A stretch of 64,000 bases of DNA from a virus, in the IMG/VR virus record IMGVR_UViG_3300042402_002055, positions 1 through 64,000 of that record. The stretch is one strand, 5' to 3'. Positions 10,645-21,358 of the stretch are shown here, one piece after another. The notes under the pieces are model-generated. The model searched no databases. It saw only the letters and a program-made list of their open reading frames with translations, and was not told the origin of the DNA. The first letter of the stretch is position 1; each line of letters starts with the position of its first letter. The translations under genes were made by a program, and so were the position numbers.

Positions 10645-11205
10645 ATGGCAACAAATAATCCAACTTCATCAATTTTACTGAAACGTTCAGGTGTCGCAGG
10701 TTCAGTACCTACAACCACATCGTTACAGGTAGGTGAAATAGCTTTAAATACCTATGATGGTAAAGCGTTTTTACATAAGTCAGGTTCAACCGATGAGGTA
10801 GTAGAAATCGTAGTTGCCGGAGCAACGGTAACCGGTTCAATTAGTCTTACCGGAGCAGTTAGTGCATCAATAGTATCAGCATCTACTTTCATAGGTAATG
10901 GTGCTCAATTGACCGGTGTAACCGCATCAATGAGACCTGATGATTTTGATTTCAACTCTGACCCATTTGCTGGAACAATAGGATATATTCAAGGTAGTGG
11001 TTCTCTTTACAAAGTAGCAACTACTGAAAATGCAATTGACTTTAGATATAACGATGTAACAATTGCAACTATCACAACTGCACAAGGATTTAGTGGTTCT
11101 CTTTACGGAATCGGTGATGTATTGGAATTTAGTGGTTCAGTAGCAAATAGACTATTCAATTTGGAAATATCAGCATCATTTGGTCCAGATGCAGGTCAAT
11201 TTTAA
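10645..11205 (+). CDS. Short fibre-family protein with fibre N-terminal anchor
   Basis: LKRSGVAGSVPTTTSLQVGEIALNTYDGK motif. Confidence 0.65.
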   Translation: MATNNPTSSILLKRSGVAGSVPTTTSLQVGEIALNTYDGKAFLHKSGSTDEVVEIVVAGATVTGSISLTGAVSASIVSASTFIGNGAQLTGVTASMRPDDFDFNSDPFAGTIGYIQGSGSLYKVATTENAIDFRYNDVTIATITTAQGFSGSLYGIGDVLEFSGSVANRLFNLEISASFGPDAGQF

Positions 11206-11224
11206 TATTACAAAAGATTATAAT

Positions 11225-11255
11225 AAAACCCTCACCTTAAAAAGTGGGGGTTTTT
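11225..11255 (+). terminator. Rho-independent terminator
   Basis: AAAACCCTCAC-loop-GTGGGGGTTTTT hairpin. Confidence 0.75.
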
Positions 11256-11326
11256 CATTTTATAATATATTTATGTTCGTAGTATATACTACATTTGTTG
11301 TTAAATAACTTTAAAGACTTAGCCAT

Positions 11327-14011
11327 ATGGCATCAATTGTTCAACTGAAACGCTCTGCGTTATCGGGAAAGGTACCTGATACGGGTTCACTTAATTTAGG
11401 AGAATTAGCTGTAAATACTTACGATGGTAAGATTTACTTTAAAAAATCGGGTTCAATTGAATCGGTTGAAAGTGTATTAACAACAAATTCGGTAGTAACG
11501 GGTTCTATTAGATTAGAGGGAACTGCCTCTTTTGGTTCTCTACAAGTAAACGACACACTTACCGTCAATCATGGTATTAGTGTGATAAGTGGTTCATTGG
11601 GAATTACATCCGACCTAACAGTATTGGGTACGGTCAATGCAAGACAATTTAATATTGCAATAATTTCTTCATCTGTCCTTTTTGAAAGTGGTTCATCCAA
11701 TTTTGGTAATAGTTTAGATGACACTCATACGTTCACAGGTTCGGTAAATATTACCGGTTCATTTTTATTAAACGGACAAGAAGTAGGTGGTGGTACAACT
11801 ACCGGTTCATTTACTGGTTCATTTACCGGTGATGGTAGTGGATTAAGAGGAGTAGTAAGTGATGATATACCGAGAGATGGTTGGGATTACAATGCAAATA
11901 GTTCGGCATCTATAAGTGATTTTAATAGTGTATCGGATAAATATTATATAGATTTTGAACAATCACAATCAACTGCAGTAGGAACACCGGTTGGTTTTAA
12001 AGGATTTATGACAAATGTATCGGGTAGTACACAAATATTACCTACATTGAATAGTATTGATTTTGTAGTTGGAAATAATGTTGTTGCATCAATTGGAATA
12101 AATGGTATAGAATCCGTACCACCTGCAGGAACTGTAAGTGGTTCATCACAATTGACATCTTCATACGATACAAGATATGTTTTAAGTGGAAGTATTACTC
12201 AAACAACTTGGGATAACATTGCAAGTAAACCTTCTGGAATAGTAAGTAGTTCTTCACAATTAACATCATCAGTATTAGCCACAACGGGTTCTAATCTATT
12301 TGTAGGAACTCAAACTTATAGTGGTTCAATTATACCTGCAACGGATAATACATACGATTTAGGGTCTCCTACATACCAATGGAGAGATATATATGTTTCA
12401 TCTGGTTCACTTTATATAGATGGAACAAAAGTTTTAAGTTCTACAAATCAAGAATTACAAATCACAACCGATGAAGGTCAATCTATTAAGATTTTAGAAG
12501 CAGGAAGTGATAGTATTATTTTACAATCTGCAGACGGAGATATTCAATTAAAAACATCGGGAGGTGGTAATTTATTATTCGACCCAACAACTGGATTAAT
12601 TGATGTTAGAGGAACATTACAAATACAAGATGGAAATAAAGTAACATCTTCAGGAGGAAATGGTGTTGTTTTTGGAAATAATATAGTAGTGAGTGGTTCA
12701 TTGGAAAGTACAGGAAATGTGAATGGTATAAATTTGACTACATTTAGTTCATCAATTGCAACACAAATATCAACAATTCAAACTAATACAGGTTCATCAA
12801 ATGAAAGGTTAACAAACATAGAAAATAAAACAGGTAGTTTTGCAACAACAGGTTCTAATACATTCTTTGGAACTCAAACATATAGTGGTTCGGTTTATAT
12901 TGCAAATGATTTAATTGTACAAGGTTCTTCGTCAGTTCAATATATCTCTGCATCATCGGTATCAATTGGAACAAACATAGTACAACTTAATACGGCAAAT
13001 CCATCAGTTAGATTTGCAGGTTTAACTATAATAGATAGTGGTTCAGTAGGTGGTTCTGGGTCATTCTTATATGATTCGGTACAAGATGAGTTCATATTTG
13101 TTCATAGAGGAAACGGAACGAATGTAACATCATCACATTTTGTTTTAGGACCTGAGACATATGATAGTTTAGGAAATGAAACATATCTTACAAACAATAG
13201 ATTACCAAAAGGAACAGGTAAAGAACATCTTAACGATTCAAATATTACCGATACAGGCACATTAATTACTTTGGGTTCAAATACAACAATAACCGGTACA
13301 TTATCTGCAACTGGAACAACATTAGTAAGTGGTTCATCTCAAATAACTTTTAGTGGAATAAGTTCCCTTCCTACTTTAGTAAGTGGTTCTTCACAAATAG
13401 ATGTGATGTCTACAACAAACATTACAAGATTAGCAACTACGGGTTCAAATACATTTATAGGAAACCAAACAATAACTGGTAACATATCATTAGGAGCAAC
13501 AAATACTTCGTATGTAGGCCCATCTCAATATGGTGGGGTCATGTTTCCAAGAGGTGGTATATTATTCTCAAATACCAATAGCCAAAACCAAATGTATATG
13601 GCATCAAATGCATATTTGAATGCAAGTGGTGTATGGTCGTATAGAAATTCAGCACAATCAGCAGGATGGATGGCCATCGATGGTGGTGCATTTAGTGTTG
13701 CATTGGCCGGTAATGGTACTGCAGATGGTGCAATAACATTTACTACACCACTTGCAATATCAAATGCAGGAGTTTCAACATTTGGTGGTAATGTAATACC
13801 TGATGGAAATGGAACAAGAGATTTGGGTTCATCATCTGCAAGGTGGTCAACTGTTTATACATCGGATTTATCTTTAAATAATGGAATAGGTGATTGGACA
13901 ATAGTGGAAGGTGAAGATGATTTATTCTTATATAATAACAAAAAAGGTAAAGTATATAAATTCGCATTAACCGAAGTTGACCCGAATGTGGCAACTCCTA
14001 AAAAATCATAA
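11327..14011 (+). CDS. Tail fibre protein
   Basis: LKRSALSGKVP...GELAVNTYDGK anchor; PATDNTYDLGS...WRDIY repeat; C-terminal GDWTIVEGEDDLFL domain typical of phage fibres. Confidence 0.75.
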   Translation: MASIVQLKRSALSGKVPDTGSLNLGELAVNTYDGKIYFKKSGSIESVESVLTTNSVVTGSIRLEGTASFGSLQVNDTLTVNHGISVISGSLGITSDLTVLGTVNARQFNIAIISSSVLFESGSSNFGNSLDDTHTFTGSVNITGSFLLNGQEVGGGTTTGSFTGSFTGDGSGLRGVVSDDIPRDGWDYNANSSASISDFNSVSDKYYIDFEQSQSTAVGTPVGFKGFMTNVSGSTQILPTLNSIDFVVGNNVVASIGINGIESVPPAGTVSGSSQLTSSYDTRYVLSGSITQTTWDNIASKPSGIVSSSSQLTSSVLATTGSNLFVGTQTYSGSIIPATDNTYDLGSPTYQWRDIYVSSGSLYIDGTKVLSSTNQELQITTDEGQSIKILEAGSDSIILQSADGDIQLKTSGGGNLLFDPTTGLIDVRGTLQIQDGNKVTSSGGNGVVFGNNIVVSGSLESTGNVNGINLTTFSSSIATQISTIQTNTGSSNERLTNIENKTGSFATTGSNTFFGTQTYSGSVYIANDLIVQGSSSVQYISASSVSIGTNIVQLNTANPSVRFAGLTIIDSGSVGGSGSFLYDSVQDEFIFVHRGNGTNVTSSHFVLGPETYDSLGNETYLTNNRLPKGTGKEHLNDSNITDTGTLITLGSNTTITGTLSATGTTLVSGSSQITFSGISSLPTLVSGSSQIDVMSTTNITRLATTGSNTFIGNQTITGNISLGATNTSYVGPSQYGGVMFPRGGILFSNTNSQNQMYMASNAYLNASGVWSYRNSAQSAGWMAIDGGAFSVALAGNGTADGAITFTTPLAISNAGVSTFGGNVIPDGNGTRDLGSSSARWSTVYTSDLSLNNGIGDWTIVEGEDDLFLYNNKKGKVYKFALTEVDPNVATPKKS

Positions 14012-14014
14012 AAT

Positions 14015-14773
14015 ATGCCGTTAAATATAAGTGGAAATGTTGTCAATAGTGATATAGTAAAAACTTTTTCATATAAAAATATAATAATAAGAGGATTATA
14101 TTTACATTTGGATGCAGGAGCTCCCGAATCTTATCCAGGTTCTGGTACAGTTTGGTATGATATGAGTGGTAATGCTAGAAACTTTAATATAATAGCAGGT
14201 GCATATAACTCATCCGGCCCACAATATATGGATTTTAATGGTTCATATGGCATGGCAAAAAATGCAGCTGATTTTTCTTTAGATGATACAAATGGTCTAA
14301 CATATGTATTATGGACTAGAGTAAAAAATGCAAATGCCGATTGGAGAACTTTAACTCGTTCTTATACAAATAATCACCATGTTATTATTGAAAACGGTGG
14401 ATGGGGGATTGGAATGTATGATAACGCCAATGCTACGGGATTTAATAACACCGGTTACTCTCAACAAAGTTTGCCAAACTATGGAACAACGAATTGGATT
14501 TGTATGTATTTTAGATGGAAATCAACTAGTCCTTATTATGAATTTTCATACAACGATACACCAGGAACAATACGTGGTTCTTTGACAAGTACAAATGCAA
14601 GACATATTAATGGATTCGGTGCAATTGGTGGGTATCATTCACAAAGTACAGACCCAAGTGTAGGAAGTCAATTTTGGGGAGATATTTCATCATTTATGGT
14701 ATATAATAGAAGATTGACGGATTCCGAATTATTACAAGTATATAATGTTCAAAAAGCAAGATACGGTCTATAA
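14015..14773 (+). CDS. LamG/concanavalin A-like lectin domain protein
   Basis: GLYLHLDAG..ESYPGSGTVWYDMSGN and MVYNRRLTDSEL motifs. Confidence 0.8.
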   Translation: MPLNISGNVVNSDIVKTFSYKNIIIRGLYLHLDAGAPESYPGSGTVWYDMSGNARNFNIIAGAYNSSGPQYMDFNGSYGMAKNAADFSLDDTNGLTYVLWTRVKNANADWRTLTRSYTNNHHVIIENGGWGIGMYDNANATGFNNTGYSQQSLPNYGTTNWICMYFRWKSTSPYYEFSYNDTPGTIRGSLTSTNARHINGFGAIGGYHSQSTDPSVGSQFWGDISSFMVYNRRLTDSELLQVYNVQKARYGL

Positions 14774-14785
14774 AAATAATAAACT

Positions 14786-15508
14786 ATGCCATTCGATATT
14801 GGAGGACAAATATACAACACAACTCACGCTGACTTACAAGATTATAAAAATATAATTACAAGGGGGCTGGTTTTACATTTGGATGCATCCGCATTAGAAT
14901 CGTATCCAGGTTCCGGTACAAGTTGGTTTGATATATCAGGAAATAACAATCATAGTACATTAGTAAATGGTACAACCTATAATAGTTCAAATCAAGGAAA
15001 CATTGTTTTGGATGGTGCAGATGATTACGTTGCAGTTGGTTCTTTTATGAATTATAATACATTTTCTATTTTATTATGGGTAAACCCTGGTTCAACTCAA
15101 AATATATACGCTGATATTTTTGATAATAATCATACAGGTACACAAAATTTTGTTTGCCAACAAAATGTAAATAATTTAAATCAATATGAATTTGCAATGT
15201 TAGGAACATCTACATCAAGTGGAACCGGGTTATTTACATTAACAGCAAATACTTGGACATTTTTATCATTCACATTTGATGGTAGCGTTGCTAGGGCGTA
15301 TATAAATGGTTCATTAAGTGGTACAGGTGGTTCTATGACTCCAAATTATGTTTCACCATATTTTAGACTTGGAGCTTGGGCAGGAGTTGGTAATATACAA
15401 AGATATTGGAATGGTAGGTATGGAAATTGTTTACTTTATAGTAGACAACTATCAGTTAGTGAAATTAGTCAAACCTATAACGTACAAAGAAGTAGATTCG
15501 GACTATAA
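14786..15508 (+). CDS. LamG/concanavalin A-like lectin domain protein (paralog)
   Basis: GLVLHLDAS..ESYPGSGTSWFDISGN and LYSRQLSVSEI motifs. Confidence 0.8.
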   Translation: MPFDIGGQIYNTTHADLQDYKNIITRGLVLHLDASALESYPGSGTSWFDISGNNNHSTLVNGTTYNSSNQGNIVLDGADDYVAVGSFMNYNTFSILLWVNPGSTQNIYADIFDNNHTGTQNFVCQQNVNNLNQYEFAMLGTSTSSGTGLFTLTANTWTFLSFTFDGSVARAYINGSLSGTGGSMTPNYVSPYFRLGAWAGVGNIQRYWNGRYGNCLLYSRQLSVSEISQTYNVQRSRFGL

Positions 15509-15557
15509 TAAAAGAAAAAAGATATTATTATATTTATAAGAAACATAAAAGAATTAA

Positions 15558-18500
15558 ATGGCAGCTATATTTCAATTAAGAAGAGGTTCAGGTTCAGTAT
15601 CTTTAGTAGATGGTGAATTATATATAAACAAAGGTCCGAATTCGTTACAATACGCAGTAGGTGATGGAACCGAAATAACTTTAGCAAAATTAGATGAACT
15701 AAATACTGGTTCTTTATATTTAAAAGGTGGAATTTCTGCATCTGGAGATATTACTGCATCTAATTTATTTGTGAGTGGTAATGTTGTATTGGGTGGAACA
15801 ATTACAATTGGTGATAATGATTCGGATAGTGTTATTTTTAATGCAGATTTAAGTTCTTCAATTATACCTGAGACAACTAACACTTTTGATTTAGGTTCTA
15901 CATCTAAAGTTTATAGAAATATATACGCAAGTAATATATCAGCATCGGCATTTACTGGTTCTCTTTTTGGTATGGGTGACCCTTTATCTTTTAGTACATC
16001 GGTAGATAGTAGATTGGATTATTTAGAAGTCCCGTTTAGTACATCGGTTGATAGTAGAGTAGATTTATTAGAAAACGCAATGTCTGGTTCTAAAAGATTA
16101 TATGTTTCTCCTGAAGGAAGTGACACTAATAATGGTAGTCAACAAAGTCCATTTAAAACGATTAAAGCAGCAGTTGAATCATTAGGTTCAGCAATTGCAT
16201 CAAATATACAAAGAACTACGATTTTTGTAGGTAGTGGTAATTATACCGAAAACAATCCAATAGCAGTTCCACCCGGAGTTGCAATTGTTGGTGATACATT
16301 AAGAACGGTAAGATTAACTCCATCAAATCCAACAAAAGATTTCTTTCATGTACACGATTCAAACTATTTTTATGGTTTGAGATTTTTAGATTTAAAAAAT
16401 CCTGCATTCTGTTTTTCATTCCCATGTTCTACTGCAACTGGTACAATAAGTGGTGGTGGTGTAAGTGGATTGACAATGATACATACCGAAAGTGGATATG
16501 TTGATGGTGAAAGTGTTAATGTAATTATAGAAGGACCTGATGCAAGCGGAAGTGTTGCAACTGCAACGGCAACTGTAAGTGGAGGTACTCTTTCAATTAA
16601 TATGGTAAGTAATGGTAGTGGATATGTTGCAGGTGAAAAACCACATATATCAATCCAAGCACCAACATCAAAAAGACCACTCATTGGAACATCACCATAT
16701 ATTCAGAATTGTTCGTCAATCACAGGTCCTATAACAACAGATGGTACTGCTTTGTCTTTAAATCCAAATAGTCCAAATTATGCACCACTTCCATATAACA
16801 TAAATGATGTAAGAAATACATCCAATGCCGTAATTGGTTCAGGTATAATAGATGAACAAGGAGCGGGTGGCGGTATTAGAATCGATGGTAACTTAGTAAG
16901 TGGTTCATCACCATTGGAATCATTTGTAGCAGATGCATTTACACAAGTTAATCAGGGTGGACCTGGTCACTTAGTAATTAACAAAGGATATGCACAATTC
17001 GTATCTTGTTTTACTACATTTTGTACCTATGGTTTCAAAGTAGCAAATGGTGGTTTTGCAAATATTTCAAACTCAGTAATTGACTTTGGTGCAAAAGGTT
17101 TAGTATCTAAAACATATTTCCCTCAAACATATAATACCGGTTCATCTTTACAAACATTGACATCAACAGTAGTTGGTGCAGTTATTTTAGAAAATGGAGC
17201 AGGTTATACGGGTTCAATTGCAAGTGTGACTATTAGTGGTGGTACAACGGGTACTCCAGCAACAGCGGAAGCAACTGTTAATGCAAATGGTTCAATTGAT
17301 GAAATTGTAATTTTAACTACTGGTAGTTTATATACATCACAACCAAATCTTACAATTGCAGCACCAACTGGTCCAGGTGCAATCCAAGCAACAACAGTTG
17401 CCGGTAAAGCAAATATTAGTGGTATTGCTGCAATATTATTTCAATTAGAAAGTGGAAGTAGAGGTGTTGATGTTTCTTCGAATATGATTTTAAGTGGAAC
17501 TGACTATTTAGTAACGAATGTTGCAACAGGTAGTAATTCAACTGAAAGATATGTAACAGTTTATCCTGCACCACCTTCAATTACAACCGGAGATAATGTT
17601 TATTTCCATCAATTATCAAATATCTCAACTGGTGGATTGGTAATGGAATATGTGGGTAGTGGTGTAACATACAACGCACTTCCAAAATTTGGTGGTGTTC
17701 CAAATAGAAATAGAGAAATTATTGAATATGCTCCAGGTAGAGTATTTTATTCAACGGTTGATAATATAGGTAATTTAAAAATTGGTGATTTCTTTGCAGT
17801 AAATCAATTAACTGGAGAAGTTACAATCGATGCAAACCAATTTAATTTATCAGGTTTAAGTGCAATCGGCCCATTCAAACGAAATGGTGTAGGTGTAGGT
17901 GTTGTATTAAATGAAGTTAGTAATAATACAACTTTATTAAATGCACAGGGAATTAATGGTGAAGATACCGTTCCAACACAATTTGCAGTAAAAGGATATA
18001 TTGACATTAGAGATGGTAGAATAAATAATTTAGAAATATCATCGGCATCTTTAAACACATTTAGTAGTAGTGCATTAGATAGACTAACTAATTTAGAAAC
18101 AACAACCGGTTCACATAATGGTAGATTAAATAATTTAGAAAGCAAATCTGCAAGTGTAGATATTTCAATTTCTAATTTAGATTCTTATACATCATCATTA
18201 AATAATGCAATTCAACTAACAGGTTCAACTGTTTCATTCTTAGGTAATATCGTTGTTTATGGAACACAATCCATAATCAACTCAGAAAACTTAGCAGTTG
18301 CCGATAACTTAATTTATCTTAACAATGATTCTTATGTAACAAACCCTGATTTGGGTATTGTTGGTAATTATAATGATGGGACATATGCACATACTGGTAT
18401 TTATAGAGATGCATCCGATGGTGTTTGGAGAGTATTTAAAGGATATGTTCCTGAACCAAGTGGAAATATAGATTTATCAGACCCATCATATAGATATGCT

Positions 18501-19664
18501 GACTTTTATGCAAATGCATTAAGTGCATCAACATTAAGTGGTATTGGAAATATAACATTGTATTCTACATCCGTTAATAGTAGATTGGTTGAATTGGAAA
18601 CAAAATCGGGAAGTATAGATAATTCGATTTCAATCTTAAATCAATTTACTGCAAGTGTAACGGCTTCATTGGAAAAAATATATCAAACAACATCTTCATT
18701 AAATACTGCAACTGCAAGTTTATATACTTCTGCATCTTTAATGACGGCATCGATTGTTTCATTATCATCATCAGTTGTTGCATTACAAGATTTTAGTGGA
18801 AATGTTAATAGTAGATTTACAACATTGGGAACATATACAGGTTCGGTTGATAGTAGATTTACAACATTGGGAACATATACAGGTTCCATTGAAACAAGAT
18901 TGACTCAAATAGGAGTAGTAAGTGCTTCTTTAATAACAACTGCATCTAACCATGAACAAAGATTAGGACAATTAGAAAATAAATCTGCAAGTGTAGATAC
19001 ATCTATAACAAATATAAACACATTTACTCAATCGGTTAATGATAGATTTACAACTTTAGGAATTTATACCGGTTCGGTGAATAGTGATTTAACATCGATA
19101 CATCAAACTACTGCAAGTTTAAATTTATTTACTGCAAGTGCATATGTATCGTTCTCTTTAATGACCGCTTCAATTGATGACCATGAAGATAGAATTACAT
19201 ATGTTGAAGGGACTCTTGGAATAACAGGTGGAAACCCATTAGTACCATTGAATGCATTCTCTGCATCTGCAAAAATTTCAATTGCAAATTTAGAAGCAGC
19301 AACAGGAAGTTATGAAACAATGGGTAGAGGAATTATTAGTGGCAGTTCTCAATTAAGTGGAACTACTATTACAGATTTAACTATTCTTAATTTAACAACA
19401 ATTAGTCAAACTGCTTCTGTTATATTTAGTAGTGGTTCTAATAAGTTTGGTGATTTTAGTAATGACATACATTCATTCACAGGTTCAGTTGAAATAAGTG
19501 GTTCACTTACAACAATAGGAACACAAACATTAAATTCATTTACAGTATTAAGTAATGTAGGACAAAACTTAAACTTTGCAAATGACGATGCAGCAGCAAT
19601 AGGTGGGGTTCCTTTGTACGGACTTTATAGAAACGGAAACTTTATAGTAATAAGATTAACTTAA
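15558..19664 (+). CDS. Large fibre/tailspike-like protein with probable beta-helix region
   Basis: QLRRGS...DGEL anchor; YVSPEGSDTNNGS...PFKTIKAA...VGSGNYTE pectin-lyase-like start; C-terminal coiled coil. Confidence 0.65.
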   Translation: MAAIFQLRRGSGSVSLVDGELYINKGPNSLQYAVGDGTEITLAKLDELNTGSLYLKGGISASGDITASNLFVSGNVVLGGTITIGDNDSDSVIFNADLSSSIIPETTNTFDLGSTSKVYRNIYASNISASAFTGSLFGMGDPLSFSTSVDSRLDYLEVPFSTSVDSRVDLLENAMSGSKRLYVSPEGSDTNNGSQQSPFKTIKAAVESLGSAIASNIQRTTIFVGSGNYTENNPIAVPPGVAIVGDTLRTVRLTPSNPTKDFFHVHDSNYFYGLRFLDLKNPAFCFSFPCSTATGTISGGGVSGLTMIHTESGYVDGESVNVIIEGPDASGSVATATATVSGGTLSINMVSNGSGYVAGEKPHISIQAPTSKRPLIGTSPYIQNCSSITGPITTDGTALSLNPNSPNYAPLPYNINDVRNTSNAVIGSGIIDEQGAGGGIRIDGNLVSGSSPLESFVADAFTQVNQGGPGHLVINKGYAQFVSCFTTFCTYGFKVANGGFANISNSVIDFGAKGLVSKTYFPQTYNTGSSLQTLTSTVVGAVILENGAGYTGSIASVTISGGTTGTPATAEATVNANGSIDEIVILTTGSLYTSQPNLTIAAPTGPGAIQATTVAGKANISGIAAILFQLESGSRGVDVSSNMILSGTDYLVTNVATGSNSTERYVTVYPAPPSITTGDNVYFHQLSNISTGGLVMEYVGSGVTYNALPKFGGVPNRNREIIEYAPGRVFYSTVDNIGNLKIGDFFAVNQLTGEVTIDANQFNLSGLSAIGPFKRNGVGVGVVLNEVSNNTTLLNAQGINGEDTVPTQFAVKGYIDIRDGRINNLEISSASLNTFSSSALDRLTNLETTTGSHNGRLNNLESKSASVDISISNLDSYTSSLNNAIQLTGSTVSFLGNIVVYGTQSIINSENLAVADNLIYLNNDSYVTNPDLGIVGNYNDGTYAHTGIYRDASDGVWRVFKGYVPEPSGNIDLSDPSYRYADFYANALSASTLSGIGNITLYSTSVNSRLVELETKSGSIDNSISILNQFTASVTASLEKIYQTTSSLNTATASLYTSASLMTASIVSLSSSVVALQDFSGNVNSRFTTLGTYTGSVDSRFTTLGTYTGSIETRLTQIGVVSASLITTASNHEQRLGQLENKSASVDTSITNINTFTQSVNDRFTTLGIYTGSVNSDLTSIHQTTASLNLFTASAYVSFSLMTASIDDHEDRITYVEGTLGITGGNPLVPLNAFSASAKISIANLEAATGSYETMGRGIISGSSQLSGTTITDLTILNLTTISQTASVIFSSGSNKFGDFSNDIHSFTGSVEISGSLTTIGTQTLNSFTVLSNVGQNLNFANDDAAAIGGVPLYGLYRNGNFIVIRLT

Positions 19665-19670
19665 TAAAAT

Positions 19671-20714
19671 ATGAGCAATAATTTTTTAATATTAGATGGT
19701 GTAATTTCAGGTTCACAAACATTTACCGGTTCAATGGAAATAAAAGGTGGATTTAAATTACCATCTGTGGCAGGAACTGCAGGAACAACTGAAACAAAAA
19801 TATTAGTTACGGATGATAATGGAAATATTCGTCAAAGAAGTAATTTAAGTTTAACAGGTCCAACGGGCCCAACTGGTCCAACGGGCCCAACTGGTCCACA
19901 AGGCACTCAAGGTATACAAGGACTTACCGGACCAACTGGAGCTGCAGGTGCTAAAGGAGATACAGGTGCAACTGGCCCAACTGGACCGGCAGGTACAAAT
20001 GGAACTGCAGGAGCAACAGGACCAACTGGACCAATCGGCCCAACTGGACCAAAGGGTGATAAAGGTGATACAGGTACAGCAGGTACAAATGGAACAGCCG
20101 GAGCAACCGGACCAACCGGACCAACGGGAGCAAAAGGTGATAAAGGTGATAAAGGTGATACCGGTGCAACTGGACCAACCGGCCCAACCGGTGCAACTGG
20201 AACAGCAGGTACAAATGGAACTAATGGAGGTCCAGGACCAACGGGTCCTATTGGACCAACCGGTCCAACTGGCCCTGCAGGTGGATTTACTACCAATTCA
20301 AATGCACAAGTAAACTCTTTAGGAGTTGGTACCGCTGCAAGTACTACTGCTGGTGAAATTAGAGCAACTAACAACATCACCGCATACTATTCGGACAAAA
20401 GATTAAAGAAAGATATAGAACAAATATCGGATGCATTATCTAAATTACAACAAATAAATGGTGTTTTCTATACTCAAAATGAATTAGCAGAAGAATTTGG
20501 ATATAATGATTATTCTAAACAAGTCGGAGTAATTGCACAAGAAATACAAGAAGTATTACCTGAAGCAGTTACATTTGCACCTTTTGATAGAGATGAAAAC
20601 GATAATTCAAAATCAGGTGAAAACTATTTGACTGTTAGATATGAAAAAATAGTACCACTTTTGATTGAAGCTATAAAAGAATTATTAAATAGAGTAGAAA
20701 ATTTGGAAAAGTAA
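19671..20714 (+). CDS. Collagen-like fibre with C-terminal intramolecular chaperone (peptidase S74)
   Basis: Long Gly-X-Y (GPT/GAT) tract; [11 protein letters not shown]...[15 protein letters not shown]...[15 protein letters not shown]. Confidence 0.9.
   Translation: MSNNFLILDGVISGSQTFTGSMEIKGGFKLPSVAGTAGTTETKILVTDDNGNIRQRSNLSLTGPTGPTGPTGPTGPQGTQGIQGLTGPTGAAGAKGDTGATGPTGPAGTNGTAGATGPTGPIGPTGPKGDKGDTGTAGTNGTAGATGPTGPTGAKGDKGDKGDTGATGPTGPTGATGTAGTNGTNGGPGPTGPIGPTGPTGPAGGFTTNSNAQVNSLGVGTAASTTAGEIRATNNITAYYSDKRLKKDIEQISDALSKLQQINGVFYTQNELAEEFGYNDYSKQVGVIAQEIQEVLPEAVTFAPFDRDENDNSKSGENYLTVRYEKIVPLLIEAIKELLNRVENLEK
19857..20283 (+). repeat. Collagen-like Gly-X-Y repeat tract
   Basis: 9-bp periodic GGN-CCA-ACN repeats. 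Confidence 0.9.
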
Positions 20715-20733
20715 GATATATTTAGTATATTGA
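20702..20733 (+). promoter_or_regulatory. Bacteroidota-type promoter (TTTG-N20-TATATTGA)
   Basis: Matches the -33/-7 architecture repeated elsewhere in the window. Confidence 0.6.
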
Positions 20734-20739
20734 ATTTAT

Positions 20740-21330
20740 ATGAATATAAAACCAATTTTCAATTTAAATAATTCAATAGACCAGACAAACTATTATTCAT
20801 TTGATAGTGCATTTACTGAAGAACAACTCGGTTGGATTTCCAATTTAGTTGAAAAGTATCCATTTGAAAAGGCAACAACGGTAGGAAATAATTGTGAAGA
20901 TGTTGATATAATTAGAAAATCTAATATAAAATGGATACATCACGATAATTTATCGTATTGGCTTTACGATAAAATAGAAAATATGGTAGTTGAAGCAAAT
21001 CAAATTTGGAATTTCAATATACATAGTGTTATCGATTCAATACAATATACAGAATATTTAGAAGGTGGTGGCCACTACGATTGGCATATAGATATTGGTC
21101 CTGGTTCAATAAACCATAGAAAAATTAGCATAACCATTCAATTATCAGATTCAGCTGATTATGAAGGTGGTGATTTTGAAATATGGACAGGTGGTGAATT
21201 TAAAAAATTACAAAGAAAAAAAGGATGTGGTATTTTATTTCCATCCTTTTTAATGCATAGAGTTACTCCAATTACAAGAGGTGTACGAAAAAGTTTAGTA
21301 TTGTGGGTTGGTGGTGATTCATATAAGTAG
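20740..21330 (+). CDS. PKHD-type 2OG-Fe(II) oxygenase (prolyl hydroxylase-like)
   Basis: YDWHID, RKISITIQLSD..DYEGGDF, FPSFLMHRVTP and RKSLV motifs. Confidence 0.9.
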   Translation: MNIKPIFNLNNSIDQTNYYSFDSAFTEEQLGWISNLVEKYPFEKATTVGNNCEDVDIIRKSNIKWIHHDNLSYWLYDKIENMVVEANQIWNFNIHSVIDSIQYTEYLEGGGHYDWHIDIGPGSINHRKISITIQLSDSADYEGGDFEIWTGGEFKKLQRKKGCGILFPSFLMHRVTPITRGVRKSLVLWVGGDSYK

Positions 21331-21358
21331 TTTTTTTATATTTATATAAAAGTATAAC

